Of a DNA stretch of 64,000 nucleotides, positions 1 to 11,845 are shown piece after piece. Position 1 is the first letter of the stretch, and each line of letters begins with the position of its first letter. Origin of the DNA: Eledone cirrhosa (lineage: Eukaryota). Location: contig OZ024743.1 of assembly GCA_964016885.1 (NCBI GenBank), forward strand, positions 44,392,001 through 44,456,000, in the 5' to 3' direction. The notes beneath the pieces are model-generated. The model was not told the DNA's origin. It saw only the letters and a list, made by a program, of their open reading frames with translations, and did no database searches. The translations under genes and the position numbers were made by a program.

Positions 1-145
1 GGACGCCATGCTTTGCAGCAAAGAGATACGGCCCTTTGTGGTCTGAGTTCAAATCCCGCCGAGGTTAACGAGGTTAACGGGGTTGATAAAATAAAGTACC
101 AGTAATACATTAGGATATTTACTGGCCTTGTGCCAAAAGTAGAAA
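1..145 (+). mobile_element. tRNA-derived SINE family A (Meta-domain-like), partial
   Basis: B-box GAGTTCAAATCCC, core ggggttgataaaataaagtaccag, 3' end ggccttgtgccaaaagtagaaa; matches at least 7 other copies in the window. Confidence 0.85.
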
Positions 146-740
146 TTTTTATTCTGAGCTCATCAGTGATTAATCTGCCGGCGAAATTACGGCGAAAGTG
201 AAAGCAACATAGTAGGTGAATATTATTTTATTTTTTCGTTTTCACAACATAAGAGTTACTAATTATTTTTTCTTCATTAAATTTGTAACACTAAAATGCA
301 TGTTTCGTTTATTAAATCAGCTCTTAATTAATATATCCTTTGCCAAATATGCCAACACTAAATTGATGCTTCTGGCATTAAATATATCAACACTGAATTC
401 ATAGGCGGCTGATTGGTCCCGTTCGAGTGTCGAATTAAAAACCGAGATATATGTTCCAGCTCATTTCAGTTTAAGTTCAAATTCCGCTGCATTCAACTTT
501 GCCTTTCTAGGGCTTGATAAAGTACCATTTGTGCTGGATAGCGGAATTGTTAAAGGCTGAGTCGAGATATTTTTCCGTATCTGATACCGCTTTAAGCGTT
601 CTGATTTGATAGCATACCTCCTTCTGATACGAATTTTAACAGAAAGGTAACATTAACTTGCAATATCCATATATGGTCAGTTAACTGGTGTTGCATTCGT
701 AGGAACGCTATTGTGAAAATATATCTGAACACCACATTGA

Positions 741-768
741 AAGAGAGATAGGGGGAGAGAGTGAGAGA

Positions 769-831
<63 letters not shown>
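741..831. repeat. (GA)n microsatellite (representative of dozens of TA/CA/GA/CT tracts)
   Basis: direct reading. Confidence 0.95.
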
Positions 832-833
<2 letters not shown>

Positions 834-1391
834 TTAGGAAACATTATGGGAAAGAATCTACCCTATTTATTAAATCTATGCTTTTTGTATTAAATGTACT
901 AACACTTGATTTGCAATTTTGACAATTGATAGCAATGAATAAATCTTGATACTCTGTTGGTATGAACATGGCCACGATCCAATGAGTAGGACCAGTAAAA
1001 TGAACAAAATAGAATGTCTAATAATACCTAACCGTTTCTAGTGATGCAATGTCTGAAACTGAAATAAAACGTGTCTATTTTTATTTTAGTGTATATTGGG
1101 ATTATCGATCTATATTTTTGCTTAGTTATGAATAAAAAGAACGTCTTCTTACGAGCGATATGTAGCTACAATGAAGAATATTAAAAATTTTCTAAAACAT
1201 TTTCTATAAGATTAATTGGATTATTTTAATTAAATTTCATAAGTGAAATACCAAATTCATGCGAGTGTTTTCCACTTTGTCAGATATGGCTGTGTGGCTA
1301 AAAACTTTGACGTGCAAGCACATTTGTCATAGTGGGCAATTGTCTTCCCTTCCACTATAACCTTGGTGCTCTGAAATCGCGATATATATAT

Positions 1392-1681
1392 ATATGAATG
1401 TATGTATAGTAAATTTGGTAATATACCGTATGTTTAATTAAAAACATTTAGACAACCATTCGCTATTAGTTTTAAAGTAGTTACTATGTCACTTACTTAG
1501 CATTTATCAAACACTTACTTAGCGTTCATCAACCAGCTAGAAACAGACTGTCAATCACTCTCCCTTTGCTTTGGCCGAAAATTTTAAAATTATTTTAAAA
1601 CTAATTTAAAGCTAATAGCGAATGGTCATCTAAATGTTTCTAATTAAACATACGGTATATTGCCAAATATACTATACATAC

Positions 1682-1690
<9 letters not shown>
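1392..1690. repeat. Fold-back element, ~85-bp inverted arms, TA-flanked; hammerhead 3' half remnant
   Basis: 1396-1477 is the reverse complement of ~1605-1686; internal GAAACAGACTGTC at ~1540. Confidence 0.75.
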
Positions 1691-1712
<22 letters not shown>

Positions 1713-2236
1713 CGTTTGAATATGTATAATAAAGCCAAAACAATGCAGGTATGGACATAGAAAAGAGAATGCAATTGCAAAAGATGTTGACAATTCGTCT
1801 TTTACCTTAGATTTATTTAAATGTTCTTAATTTTCGAGATAATATCTCTCCTTCAGAGGGAAATAAAGGTCTCAAACCAGCGTTCTAAATATCCTGCCAA
1901 GCCATGCTGACAGGAAATAGTATAGAGTATCTGTTCTATCTCTAATGTCAAAGAGTTAAAATTAGGTGGATAAAGAGTCGTCTCCCTTTAAAAGGGGTTT
2001 GTTTAGGGTTTTGTTTTATATATACATGCCTGTTTAAGTGTGTGGGAGAATGCATGAAGGTGTAAGTATGTGAGTGTGTGTGTGTGAGTGTGAGAAGATA
2101 AGTCTATTCGTAAATGTGGGCGATAGGTGTTATCTGGTGTTAGAACTGGTTTTGTGTGTGTATGTGTGAGAGAGAATAAGTGGAGGTGTAAGCATGTGTG
2201 TGTGGGGGGGGTGTAAATATGGGGCTAGAAGCCCTA

Positions 2237-4823
2237 TCAGGTTATAATTTGGGTGTTGAGTTCTAGTCTATTATTGATTGGTGGTTGTGTTTTATCTATA
2301 ATTAGTACTTCCTTAATTCTAAGATTGCCGAGGTTTCTTTCCTTAGTTTCTATCCTAACTGTTATGGTTTTGTCGGTGTTTCTGCATTTAACTAGGTGTT
2401 TCTTAAATGAGGCAGCGTTAGTATTGAGGTGTTCTTTTATTCTTATGTGGAGTGGTCTGGTGGTGCTACCTACGTAGAAGTTGTTGCATTTGTCACACTC
2501 TAGTCTGTATACGACGTAAGCCTGGTGGCATAGGTCTGTGTCGTTGATGGGGCAGTTGGCTAGTCTGCAGCAGTTGTCATGTCTGGTGGAGTGTCTTTTG
2601 GTTAGCTGTCCGCGTAGAGAAGGACCTGAGGGGGCCAGTTGGATATCTAGTCCCTCTCGTCTGATGGCTCTGCGGATGGCAGTTGTTGTTTCTTCACTGA
2701 AGTGTGGGAGCTTCAGGAAGCAAGTATTAGTGCCTCGGGTGTGGTGTCCTCTGTTCTTTTTGGCACAGTTTGTGGTGGATGTCGTGTATCCGTTCAGTTT
2801 GAGTACTTCCAGGAAATGTGTGGTGTGTGTGTCTCGGTCTCTAGCGTCGGTGCATTTGTTCCGGATACGTGCCAGTTCGTTCCTTATGTATCCGAACTTG
2901 GCACCGAGTGGGAGGGCCGATCTGAAATGTACGAACAGGTCCCCGCTGGCGGCTTTTTTATAGAAGCAGGTGTGGATGTTGCCTTCCTCTGTTACCCTGA
3001 GTTGGAAGTCCAGTAGGGATAGGGATCCGCGGTCATCGGGGTGTTCCATGCGGAATTTTATTCTGGCGTCCATGCTGGAGAATGTTGTGTATATTTGATC
3101 TGACTCCTCACGGGATGATGTAAGGATGAGTATGTCATCTACATATCGGGTGGGTGTAGAAGGCATGGGAATGGCAGGTGTTGAGGGCTCGGCATTCTAG
3201 CTGGTTCATGTAGGTGATGACCAGCAGGCCCGATAGGCTGGATCCCATGGGTAATCCTGTTGTCTGTCTGTATGTTTGGTGGTGGAAATTGAAGTACGTG
3301 TTGTCTACTGTGAAGGACAAAAGCTGGTGTATGTCCGTCGGGTGGAGGCCGTAGCAGTGGATGTCCTCTGCGACCACGCAGTCGGTCAATAAATCGACAG
3401 CTGGATGAGCGGGAACTGTAGTGTAGAGGGAGACAACGTCGAGGCTAAAAGCGTATTTATTTAGTTTAAGTTGTTCTGGCTGGAGTTGGTGTAGTCTACG
3501 TATAACTTCGTCGGAGCTACTGACATGCCCGGGAAAGGGGGAGAGTAGAGGCTTGAGGACCTGGGAGAGGAGCCATGAAATTTTGTATAGAGGTCCTTCT
3601 ATGCTAGAGACGATGGGTCTTATTTGCGTCTTAGTACTGTTCTTGTGGGTCTTGATGAGGTGGTAGAAAGTGGGCAGTCTGCTATTTCTAGTGGTGTAGT
3701 TGAGCTTAACTTTATTTGGGAGTTGTCTTCTCCTACAGATATCGAACCAAATGGAGTTGGTCTGTTTTTCGATCTGGGTTGCAGTCATGTCCGGGATCTC
3801 TGTGTATAATTCACTGTCGCTTAGGTGTTCAAAGGCTAGGTTATTGTATGTGGCTTGAGAGATGACGCAAAACTCTTAACCTTTGTCGGATGGTAAGTAT
3901 ATAAGTTCCCTATTCCGTAGGTTCTTCAGGGCGAGGTGTTGTGTCCTGGAGAGGTTTGGGGCTATCTTCTTCTGTTTCCGTAAGATGTTAAATACGGAAT
4001 GTTTTAGTCTCGAGAGTTTTTCTTCAAGCTCGCGGTTGGCAGGCGGTGGACAGAGTGGGCGAGCTAGTTGGTATATCGGAAATCTGGGTTTGATGGATTC
4101 CGTGGTGTTGTTGTCGAGAGTCGATATCCATTTTAGTTGGTAGGCAGCCCGTCAGAAATTCGTTTCTATGTCGAGCCATAGTTTGTCGTCCAGTCTCTGT
4201 TTCAATATGAACTTGGGACCCAGGCTGAGGAGGTCTAATTCCTCTCGGGAGAGGGATCCTGTCAAGTCTGTGACGAGGTGTTTTGCGTCAGGTGTGTTGT
4301 TGGTCGGGGCGTCGCTAGGTTCGGTGTTGGTACCGTCTTGTTCGCCTCTGTTCGTGTTTAGAGTTGGGATGTTGTTAAGACAGTTGGCCCTCCTGAGTTT
4401 GAGAAATTTTTGCGTTAGACGTATTTTCTCGTAGTCTCGGCCATGGTGGTATGACCTGTCTATAGTGGCGGAGATGACTCTGGACAGAGGTTCTGGGGTT
4501 TCAGCGAGTTGTGGTACAAGGCTGGAGATAGTCCGTATGTGATGTTGTAGCGTGCGGTGTAGGTGTTGTATGAGTTTTCTTAGGCAGAATTTTTGTATGT
4601 AACTAAGTGATTGTTTGAGGCCTGGTGATTTGAAGCATGTTGGTAAGTGCAAATTTTTGATAGTTTTGGGGATCATGTTGTTATTCAGGCATCGTTTTAG
4701 GAAGTTTATTTGGCAGCCAGCTTTGGCGCGCTTTTCAGATAGCTGGAAGAGTTTCTTTACAGTTGTGAACTGGGTCTGGCTCAGGCGTAAGGAAAGGAGG
4801 AGGTTATAGTTCACTTGAAGCAT
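2237..4823 (-). pseudogene. PLE RT + GIY-YIG endonuclease ORF (in-frame TGA at 4152-4154, TAA after DKG, 4-nt duplication frameshift ~3150)
   Basis: FLKRC, GPKF, SDKG, PTFYHLIKTHK, IRPIVS, SLDVVSLYT, GLPMGS, RYVDD, VVYRLECDKC-YVGSTTR-EH motifs. Confidence 0.92.
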
Positions 4824-4952
4824 TGTGTAATGAGGTATAAACGTTTGAATATGTATAATAAAGCCAAAACAATGCAGGTATGGACATAGAAAAGAGAATG
4901 CAATTGCAAAAGATGTTGACAATTCGTCTTTAACCTTAGATTTATTTAAATG

Positions 4953-4989
4953 TCCTTAATTTTCGAGATAATATCTCTTCTTCAGAGGG
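4953..4989 (-). ncRNA. Minimal type I hammerhead ribozyme in pLTR (second copy ~1826-1860)
   Basis: minus: cct CTGAAGA a gagat-att-atctc GAAA at TA agg; palindromic AATT stem III. Confidence 0.7.
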
Positions 4990-5086
4990 AAATAAAGGTC
5001 TCAAACCAGCGTTCTAAATATCTTGCCAAGCCATGCTGACAGGAAATAGTATAGAGTATCTGTTCTATCTCTAATGTCAAAGAGTT

Positions 5087-5116
<30 letters not shown>

Positions 5117-5120
<4 letters not shown>

Positions 5121-5308
5121 AAAAAATATGACCCCGACGGCAGAGCTCAAGCCGTTTCGACGGCTCTTTCTGGACTTCAGAAATAGCCGTCGAAACGGTT
5201 TGAGCTCTGCCGTCGGGGTCATACTTTTTCCTATTTCCACTCTAGTACCCTAAGTATTGAGTACTCTGGTGCGTTATGTTCCTCTGGTTCCTTACCACAA
5301 CTCCTTTG

Positions 5309-5310
<2 letters not shown>
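5117..5310. mobile_element. Palindromic mini-element derived from the pLTR of the 15241-17303 PLE family
   Basis: ~58-bp inverted arms plus ~75-nt tail; same sequence at 15241, 17168, 26185, 54151; in (TA)n. Confidence 0.85.
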
Positions 5311-5379
<69 letters not shown>

Positions 5380-5382
<3 letters not shown>

Positions 5383-5505
5383 CTGTTCCGGAGGACCTCC
5401 TTCGAATGAAACAGCTCTAGTCCAGTAAATCCCATTTATATATACACTCTACTAATATATTGAGTAACTTACTTACTCTGGTTACTCCCGATTGAACTCG
5501 GGACT
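5380..5505 (+). repeat. pLTR 3' remnant related to the 53345 hammerhead family
   Basis: gaaacagctctagtccagta and tattgagtaacttacttactctggttac resemble 53370-53475. Confidence 0.55.
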
Positions 5506-5517
5506 CACACACACAGA

Positions 5518-5623
<106 letters not shown>

Positions 5624-5991
5624 TACACGCACACATACATACATACACACACACACATACATATATGTCCACATTTATGTCTCGCAATTTAAAAGTACTT
5701 AGGACGATGCGATCGACTAACATAAGGTGGGACACCCTCATTGACCGCAGTCAATTAACCCGTAGGAAAGTGAAATATCGACTTAATTGAAGCGATATCC
5801 ATTATAAAAAAATGGTGATGATCTCAAGAATGGCATTACTTTTGATAATTGGATAATGTTTTCTTTAGTTATTGATTTATCATTCTTATTTTCTGATAAT
5901 TGAATAATAATAAGGCTAATATCACATGATTGTCTTGTAGGGGTAGCGTATTGATATATAACGATTCTCGCGTAATATTATACACGTATGA

Positions 5992-6210
5992 AGGGCGGTG
6001 GATCGGCATAATCGGTAGAGGATCGGACGTGATGCTTTGCAACATAGAGTTTCGGCACTTTATGATCTGAGTTCAAATCCCGCCCAGGTTAACTTTGCCT
6101 TTCATCCTTACCGGGTCGATAAAATAAAGTACCAGTCACTCACTGGGGTCAATTTAATCGACTTCTCCTCCCCTCAAAATGCTGGCCTTGTGCCTATATA
6201 AGAAACCAAT
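5992..6210 (+). mobile_element. SINE family A, full length
   Basis: A/B boxes, gcctttcatccttaccgggtcgataaaataaagtaccag core, ggccttgtgcc end. Confidence 0.9.
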
Positions 6211-7280
6211 ATTATACATGTATGAATACAGTCGATTTATTGCAGAGAAAGAGAGACGATATATATTCGAATCCTGACGTTGCATCGTGTCTTTCAACAA
6301 GTCAATTTATATCAGAGTGTTCCTATCAATTCAGCTAGGAGGAAATGTTTGTTGCTCCTCTATTTTAAAAAGACTAGTATTGTCACACGTCGCCTCATGA
6401 TGAATTTCGATACAAATTATGTTAAAGATATATGCATATGTAAAATCTTCGCCCACTTGTACGATAATATCAGGAGTAGGTTGCTCCATAGGTCGAACAC
6501 TCATTGATATTTTTCAGGCTGCATGACTCAGCTATATTTCTTCCCTCCAGTCCTCGAATTAAATCCATATTCTATCATCAATGATCGCTTGAAATATTAT
6601 ACCATTCCCCAGATTTTGCTTTCATATTTGAAACGATGAGAGAGTAGACATTGTGGGTGTGGGGGGACATTGGTTAATGTCGTTGGTAATGGTGGAAAAT
6701 CTATTTCGTCAGCACGAGATAATATTTTTGGTTATTGTTGTTGTTTATGCTATTGTTATTTTGTTTCAGTTGTTGCTGTGGTGGTGGTGGTGCTAGTGGT
6801 GTTTAACGTTCTTCTCAACATTGTGGTGGGGGATAGAGGCTTTCACATTGATAGACACTTGCAAAGATGGAAAACCCACCTTTGCTGCATGGAACAAACT
6901 CTGGCAACTGCTATTGTTGCTGCTGCTGCTGTCAGCAGTGCCGTCTGACAGCAGTAGTAGCAATGATAGCAAAGTTCACAATGGTGGTGATGGGAAAGGC
7001 GTCAATGTTAGAACCGCTCTCACGTGACAGCTGGGCTTCATTTTGGAGGGCATTTTCTGTCGAAATTTTTATGACAAACATTTAACAAATTCTTTTTTTT
7101 CATAAAATTAATATAATTAGGCCCAAGGACCAAGGCCCAAATATTATGGAGTCACATTTACACATGTCAATGTCTAGTGCCTTATAAACAATTTGTAATA
7201 GAAATTTAAGGATGAATACAATAAAAATTGACATTACTTACGGAGCAATATTCACAAGCGTCTTGATAGAACAAAGAACA

Positions 7281-10190
7281 ATAATAATAATAATAATAAT
7301 AATAATGTGTCAGAAAATATCATCATATAATAATGATTTCTTTATTGGCCACACGGGCTGATGTCAAGAAAAAAATTACAGACGGCACAGGACGGTACGA
7401 TGTGGGTTTTGTGCGTGTAAATATTTGTATTATTTATATAAGAAAAGAAAATAAAGGACATAGAAACATATATAAACAATAAAAATGAAATTGAAAGAAT
7501 GAAAAATTCCCCAATAGGGGGGAAACCTCCGAGGGTTACTCGTGGCGAAAACCACACAAAAGACCACGGCCACCCTGACCACCAGGGCAAGCGCCCTCTC
7601 TCAATTTTTCCATCTCTCAAACTACAGACGTATATTCAGAGCGGCCCCGTTCACTCGGTCCATTCTCGCTACATTCACCCACCTTTCAACAAACTTGCTA
7701 GAAGGCAGCACTTGCCTCTCCACCCTGATTTTCCTCTTCAAGTGAAACTTGAAAAAGTTAATTAGGGATTCGCCGAAGAGGAAAGTGTCTGTCTTTAACC
7801 CTTTTAACTTTGTCCACCACACAATCTCTTTCGCCATGGCCACCAGGCTAATGAAAACCGCCTGCTCTTCCTCCTCGAAGGAAGACGGCTAGACCATCTG
7901 CACAATGGACTCAGTCGATAACCGGATCAGTTACACGCGACAGCAACTGTTCGACATAGCTCCACAAGTCAGCAATGCTCGGGCACTGAACGAGCGCGTG
8001 CACGACGGTTTCGTCGCTCTGCACGCATCTCGGACAGGCTCGGCTGATGGCACTTCCGTGCCTGTAGAGCTTATCTCGAACCGGCAGTGCACCCGGGTAG
8101 CACTGCCAAGTCAGGGATTTTTGGAAGTTATCCATAGGCCCTGGGCTGAAAGTTCTCCGGAAAAGAGCATACAGCTGATCATCTTCGAAGCCCAGGATTT
8201 CTCCGGGAATGTCGTCGCTCTTCCCCTCCACTAGTCCTCTATAGAACGCCGAGGTGGATGTTCCACCGATACTGGTGCCCAGGTGGCAGAGGGTAGTGAG
8301 CGCCTGGAGACATTCCAGTTTCCAAAGCGCTATACCTCGGTCTTTTTCTGACCCACGACTGCAGCTCCGTCAAGGAGATGAGCTGTGGTAAAACGTGCTG
8401 ACCTAACGGCGACCACATCTGTTCACCGTCAAGGAAGCACCAGAGATGTCTCAGCCTCAGCGCTTATTTTCGCATCATCAGCCATGGCATGCCCAGTCCT
8501 CCACGCAACGGATGTTGACAGCAGATGGATCGTCTGACCATGTGACCGCATCCCTTCCACAAAAATCGGAAGAGGAGGCGCTCCATTTTGGTGAGAGTGG
8601 GGCTGGAGCAAGGAACGACCTTGTTGCTGTTTGGTGTGTGTGTCTTGTTGTGTTTGGGTTGTTGGTGTTTTTGGTGATGCTGGTGGTGGTGTGGTTGTTG
8701 TTGTCAGTGGTGTTTGCGGTGGTGATGGTGGTGGTGTTGCTGCAAGTTTCCTTGCTGCCTTTACTCCTCTTTGTATGCCTTCGCTTTTGGAGGGTGAAGC
8801 TAAGGGTTTTTTCTTTTTTTCTTTTTTGTGGTAGACCGTTTGCCACTTCACTCCCGCCTCAAACACCATGTCGGATTCTGTGGTGTCTGGGAGGGGTATG
8901 GGCTCCACGCTGTTGGTGGTGGTAGTGGAGCCCTCTTCAGCAATCTTGCTGCTCGTGTAGCTACTTCAAATGTAGCTATTGGTGTTGCCGCCACTGATGA
9001 TGCTGCTTTAGTTGTCCGTGGCCTTGGTACGGGTGCTACGGACGTTGCCCTCCTACTCACCGTGAAAGGGGCTTCTGCGTATGTTTCCTGCCCTACTCTT
9101 GGTAGCAGCGGACCAGTTATTGGAAGGAGAGGGGCCTTCTTCTTCGCTGTCATCTGCGGGCAAAAGGCCCTGAGGTGACCCTTCGACCCACAGAGATAAC
9201 ATTTTGGCCGTCTTCCTTCTACACTTATAGGGAGTTGGAGTCCTTCCTCGATGGACCCTCACCATTTTCTGCCCGCAGTAGGAGGGCACCAAGACTATCT
9301 CCTCACTCTTTAGGGTTTCCAAAGAGTGAGACTGCTTCCTGGGAGGGTGGCGAAAAGTACGTCTTCTGTGGCGTACTTTCTGCATCGGGTCATGTGGGTT
9401 TTGCGTGCCCAGACGCACCCCAAGGCCTTTTGGATTTGAGCCTCCGTGGCTCTCTCCACCCGACGTGAGATTCTGCTTACGGTGCGGTACGTCACCGTCC
9501 GTAGCTGCTGGTCCTTGAAAAAATCGGGTGGGGGTTTCAGGGAGACTCTATTGGCGCTTCTTGTCACCATGGCCCTTGCGACTGCCATACCCTCCTCTCT
9601 GACTAACACCGTCTCGATATTTCGGGCGACACCTGAAAAGAATTGGTCCCTTTTTCAGCAGCTCCACTATTGCTGCCGCTACTGGTCTTACTGGTGGTGC
9701 TGAGGTCGCTATTACAGGTATCGATGTCATTGTTGATGTTTTCGTTGGTGCAGTTGTTGGTGTTGTTGTTGTTTTCGTTGATACTGTCGCTGTTGTTACT
9801 GTTATTGTGGCTGTTGTTATTATTGTTGTTTTTGTTGATACTGTTCCTACTATTATTGTTGTTGTTGTGGCTGTTGTTATTGTCATTGTTATTGTCGTTC
9901 TCGACCTTGCCGCTGTTATTTTTGTTATTGTCGTCCTCGACTTTACCGCTGTTATCTTTGTTGTTGCTGTTGTTATTGATGGTGTTGTTGTTGGTGTTAT
10001 TGTTGGTGTTGTTTGTGTTAGAAATATTTGTTAATTTTAAATATGTAACAATCTTCTTTTCCTTTGTAATATTTTCGTTCATATTTACCTCCGCTGGAAC
10101 GCTGTCTTGTTGACATGCTGATAAAGTCTCCCTCTCTCTGTGTTGTCTGACAGCGCTTTCTCTGTTTCTTGTGTTATACATGTTGAAATT
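7281..10190 (-). mobile_element. L1/Tx1-like LINE, internally deleted (ORF1-like region fused to ORF2 C-terminus), (ATT)n tail
   Basis: minus-strand LFRFLWKG..GGLGMP at ~8480-8580; zf-RVT LPVRDKL..CPRC..ETVVHALVQC at 7911-8231; AATAAA + ATT repeats at 7281-7345; low-complexity ORF1-like region 8620-10181. Confidence 0.75.
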
Positions 10191-10744
10191 TAAAAAAAAA
10201 ATTTTTTTTTACACAAATCCGAATACGACACTCCGTAAATGAAAGCCGTATTATTTTCGAGTGAACCCCTGTATTAGGTGGGTCACTTCTTCTAAAGTTT
10301 TATCAAATTTAAAACTTGAATAAAAGGTTTAGAACGGTTGAAAACGAGGTAAAACGTTGAAAAAAACTGGAGGAGATAATAGTCGAAAAAGAGAAAACTG
10401 GCATAATAATAAGGCATATATATAAATATGTATAACAAACATTAAAAAATATAAAACAATATTACCTTTCATTGAAAGATAATAAAAAAAAGATGCTTTT
10501 AAATAAAGCATTATATGATCTTCTGTGGAAAAAGCCTCTATCTGAAGACTGCAAATGGATATTTGGATATCATTGGTAAGGATCTGTTTCTAAATTGATT
10601 TTTCAAAGATGAATAAAGATAGGGTTCTAAATCCAATCTAAAAGCGTAAAGAAAATTTTCTCAAGCGTATTTCACTTATTTCCTCGTTTTGATGGCTTTT
10701 TTTCTGTGCGTTGTTGGAAGTTAGCACACACACACACGCACACA

Positions 10745-10801
<57 letters not shown>

Positions 10802-10907
10802 TCATATATATATATATATATGTATATATATACATGTATGTATATATCCATATATATATATATACATATATATACACACACATATATATACATACATATA
10901 TATATAT

Positions 10908-11008
<101 letters not shown>

Positions 11009-11519
11009 CACACTCATATATATATATATACACACGTATATATATATATATGTGTGTGTTTATTGACTTCTTAATTTGTGCCCACTATATTTCTACTTCT
11101 TTCGTTGAACCGGATACGTATCGATTCCTTTTGATATATCTTTTTAAGCTTTTTAGAATTTCTTACACTTATCTTCTCTCCACTCATGTTGATATTAAAC
11201 AAGGCCCATTCTTCATTGTTATCTATCAACATCAGCTTCAAGGACTTCATTTCGGAATTCAGATTCTTGTTTCCTGAATTACTACAGAAAATTTATTCAA
11301 CCAAGACTTTTACCAATGGTTCCATGTTTTCATATGCTTCTTGTCTCCTATAGACACAGCCTTTTCTTTTCTCATATACTTATCTATTCGGAATAAAAAT
11401 ATCATTGTTCATTATATATTTATTTTCAATATAGCACGTTTTTGCATGTTTGACTAAATTTTTGTAAGGCAATGTTCAAGCATCTGAGAGAAACCACAAA
11501 CCCTCCATCTCAATTCTGC

Positions 11520-11845
11520 TTTTCAAGAGCATGAGAACTGTGAAACCGGTAAAGGAAATCAGAACACACTCACTGTTTGGTTGGTTTTCGCTTCTGAATC
11601 TTTTACAGTTATAGTTAATTTATTTGGCAATCACTGTTTATCATTGATTGACCAACGGTTAAAAATACAGATATATTTTTATTTTATTTTATTTATTTAT
11701 TTATTTATTTATTCTTGTCTCTGTCTCTGCGCATGTGTTTGCCTGTGTATAATGTTTGGTTTGTGTGTTCGCGTTTGAGTTATGCGTTTTGTATTGTATC
11801 TTTATTCACTAGTGTGCGTTTATATGAGTTTGTTGTTATTGTACT
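11520..11845 (+). repeat. Left part of an older repeat (family of 20772-21345); continues at ~17395-17545
   Basis: cagaacacactcactgtttggttgg shared with 20827; cttaagtcagtattgtttgtttgggt at 17500 matches 21305. Confidence 0.65.

Larger units (their letters stand above)
1713..5091 (-). mobile_element. Near full-length Penelope-like element (Naiad-like) with direct pLTRs, inserted in (TA)n
   Basis: ~250-bp direct repeats 1713-1961 and 4841-5091; RT and C-terminal GIY-YIG between them; (TA)n on both sides. Confidence 0.93.

Noticed and set aside
9643-10113. Leu-rich 156-aa 'membrane protein' ORF
   Set aside because: Antisense reading of the (AAC)n tract in the LINE 5' region
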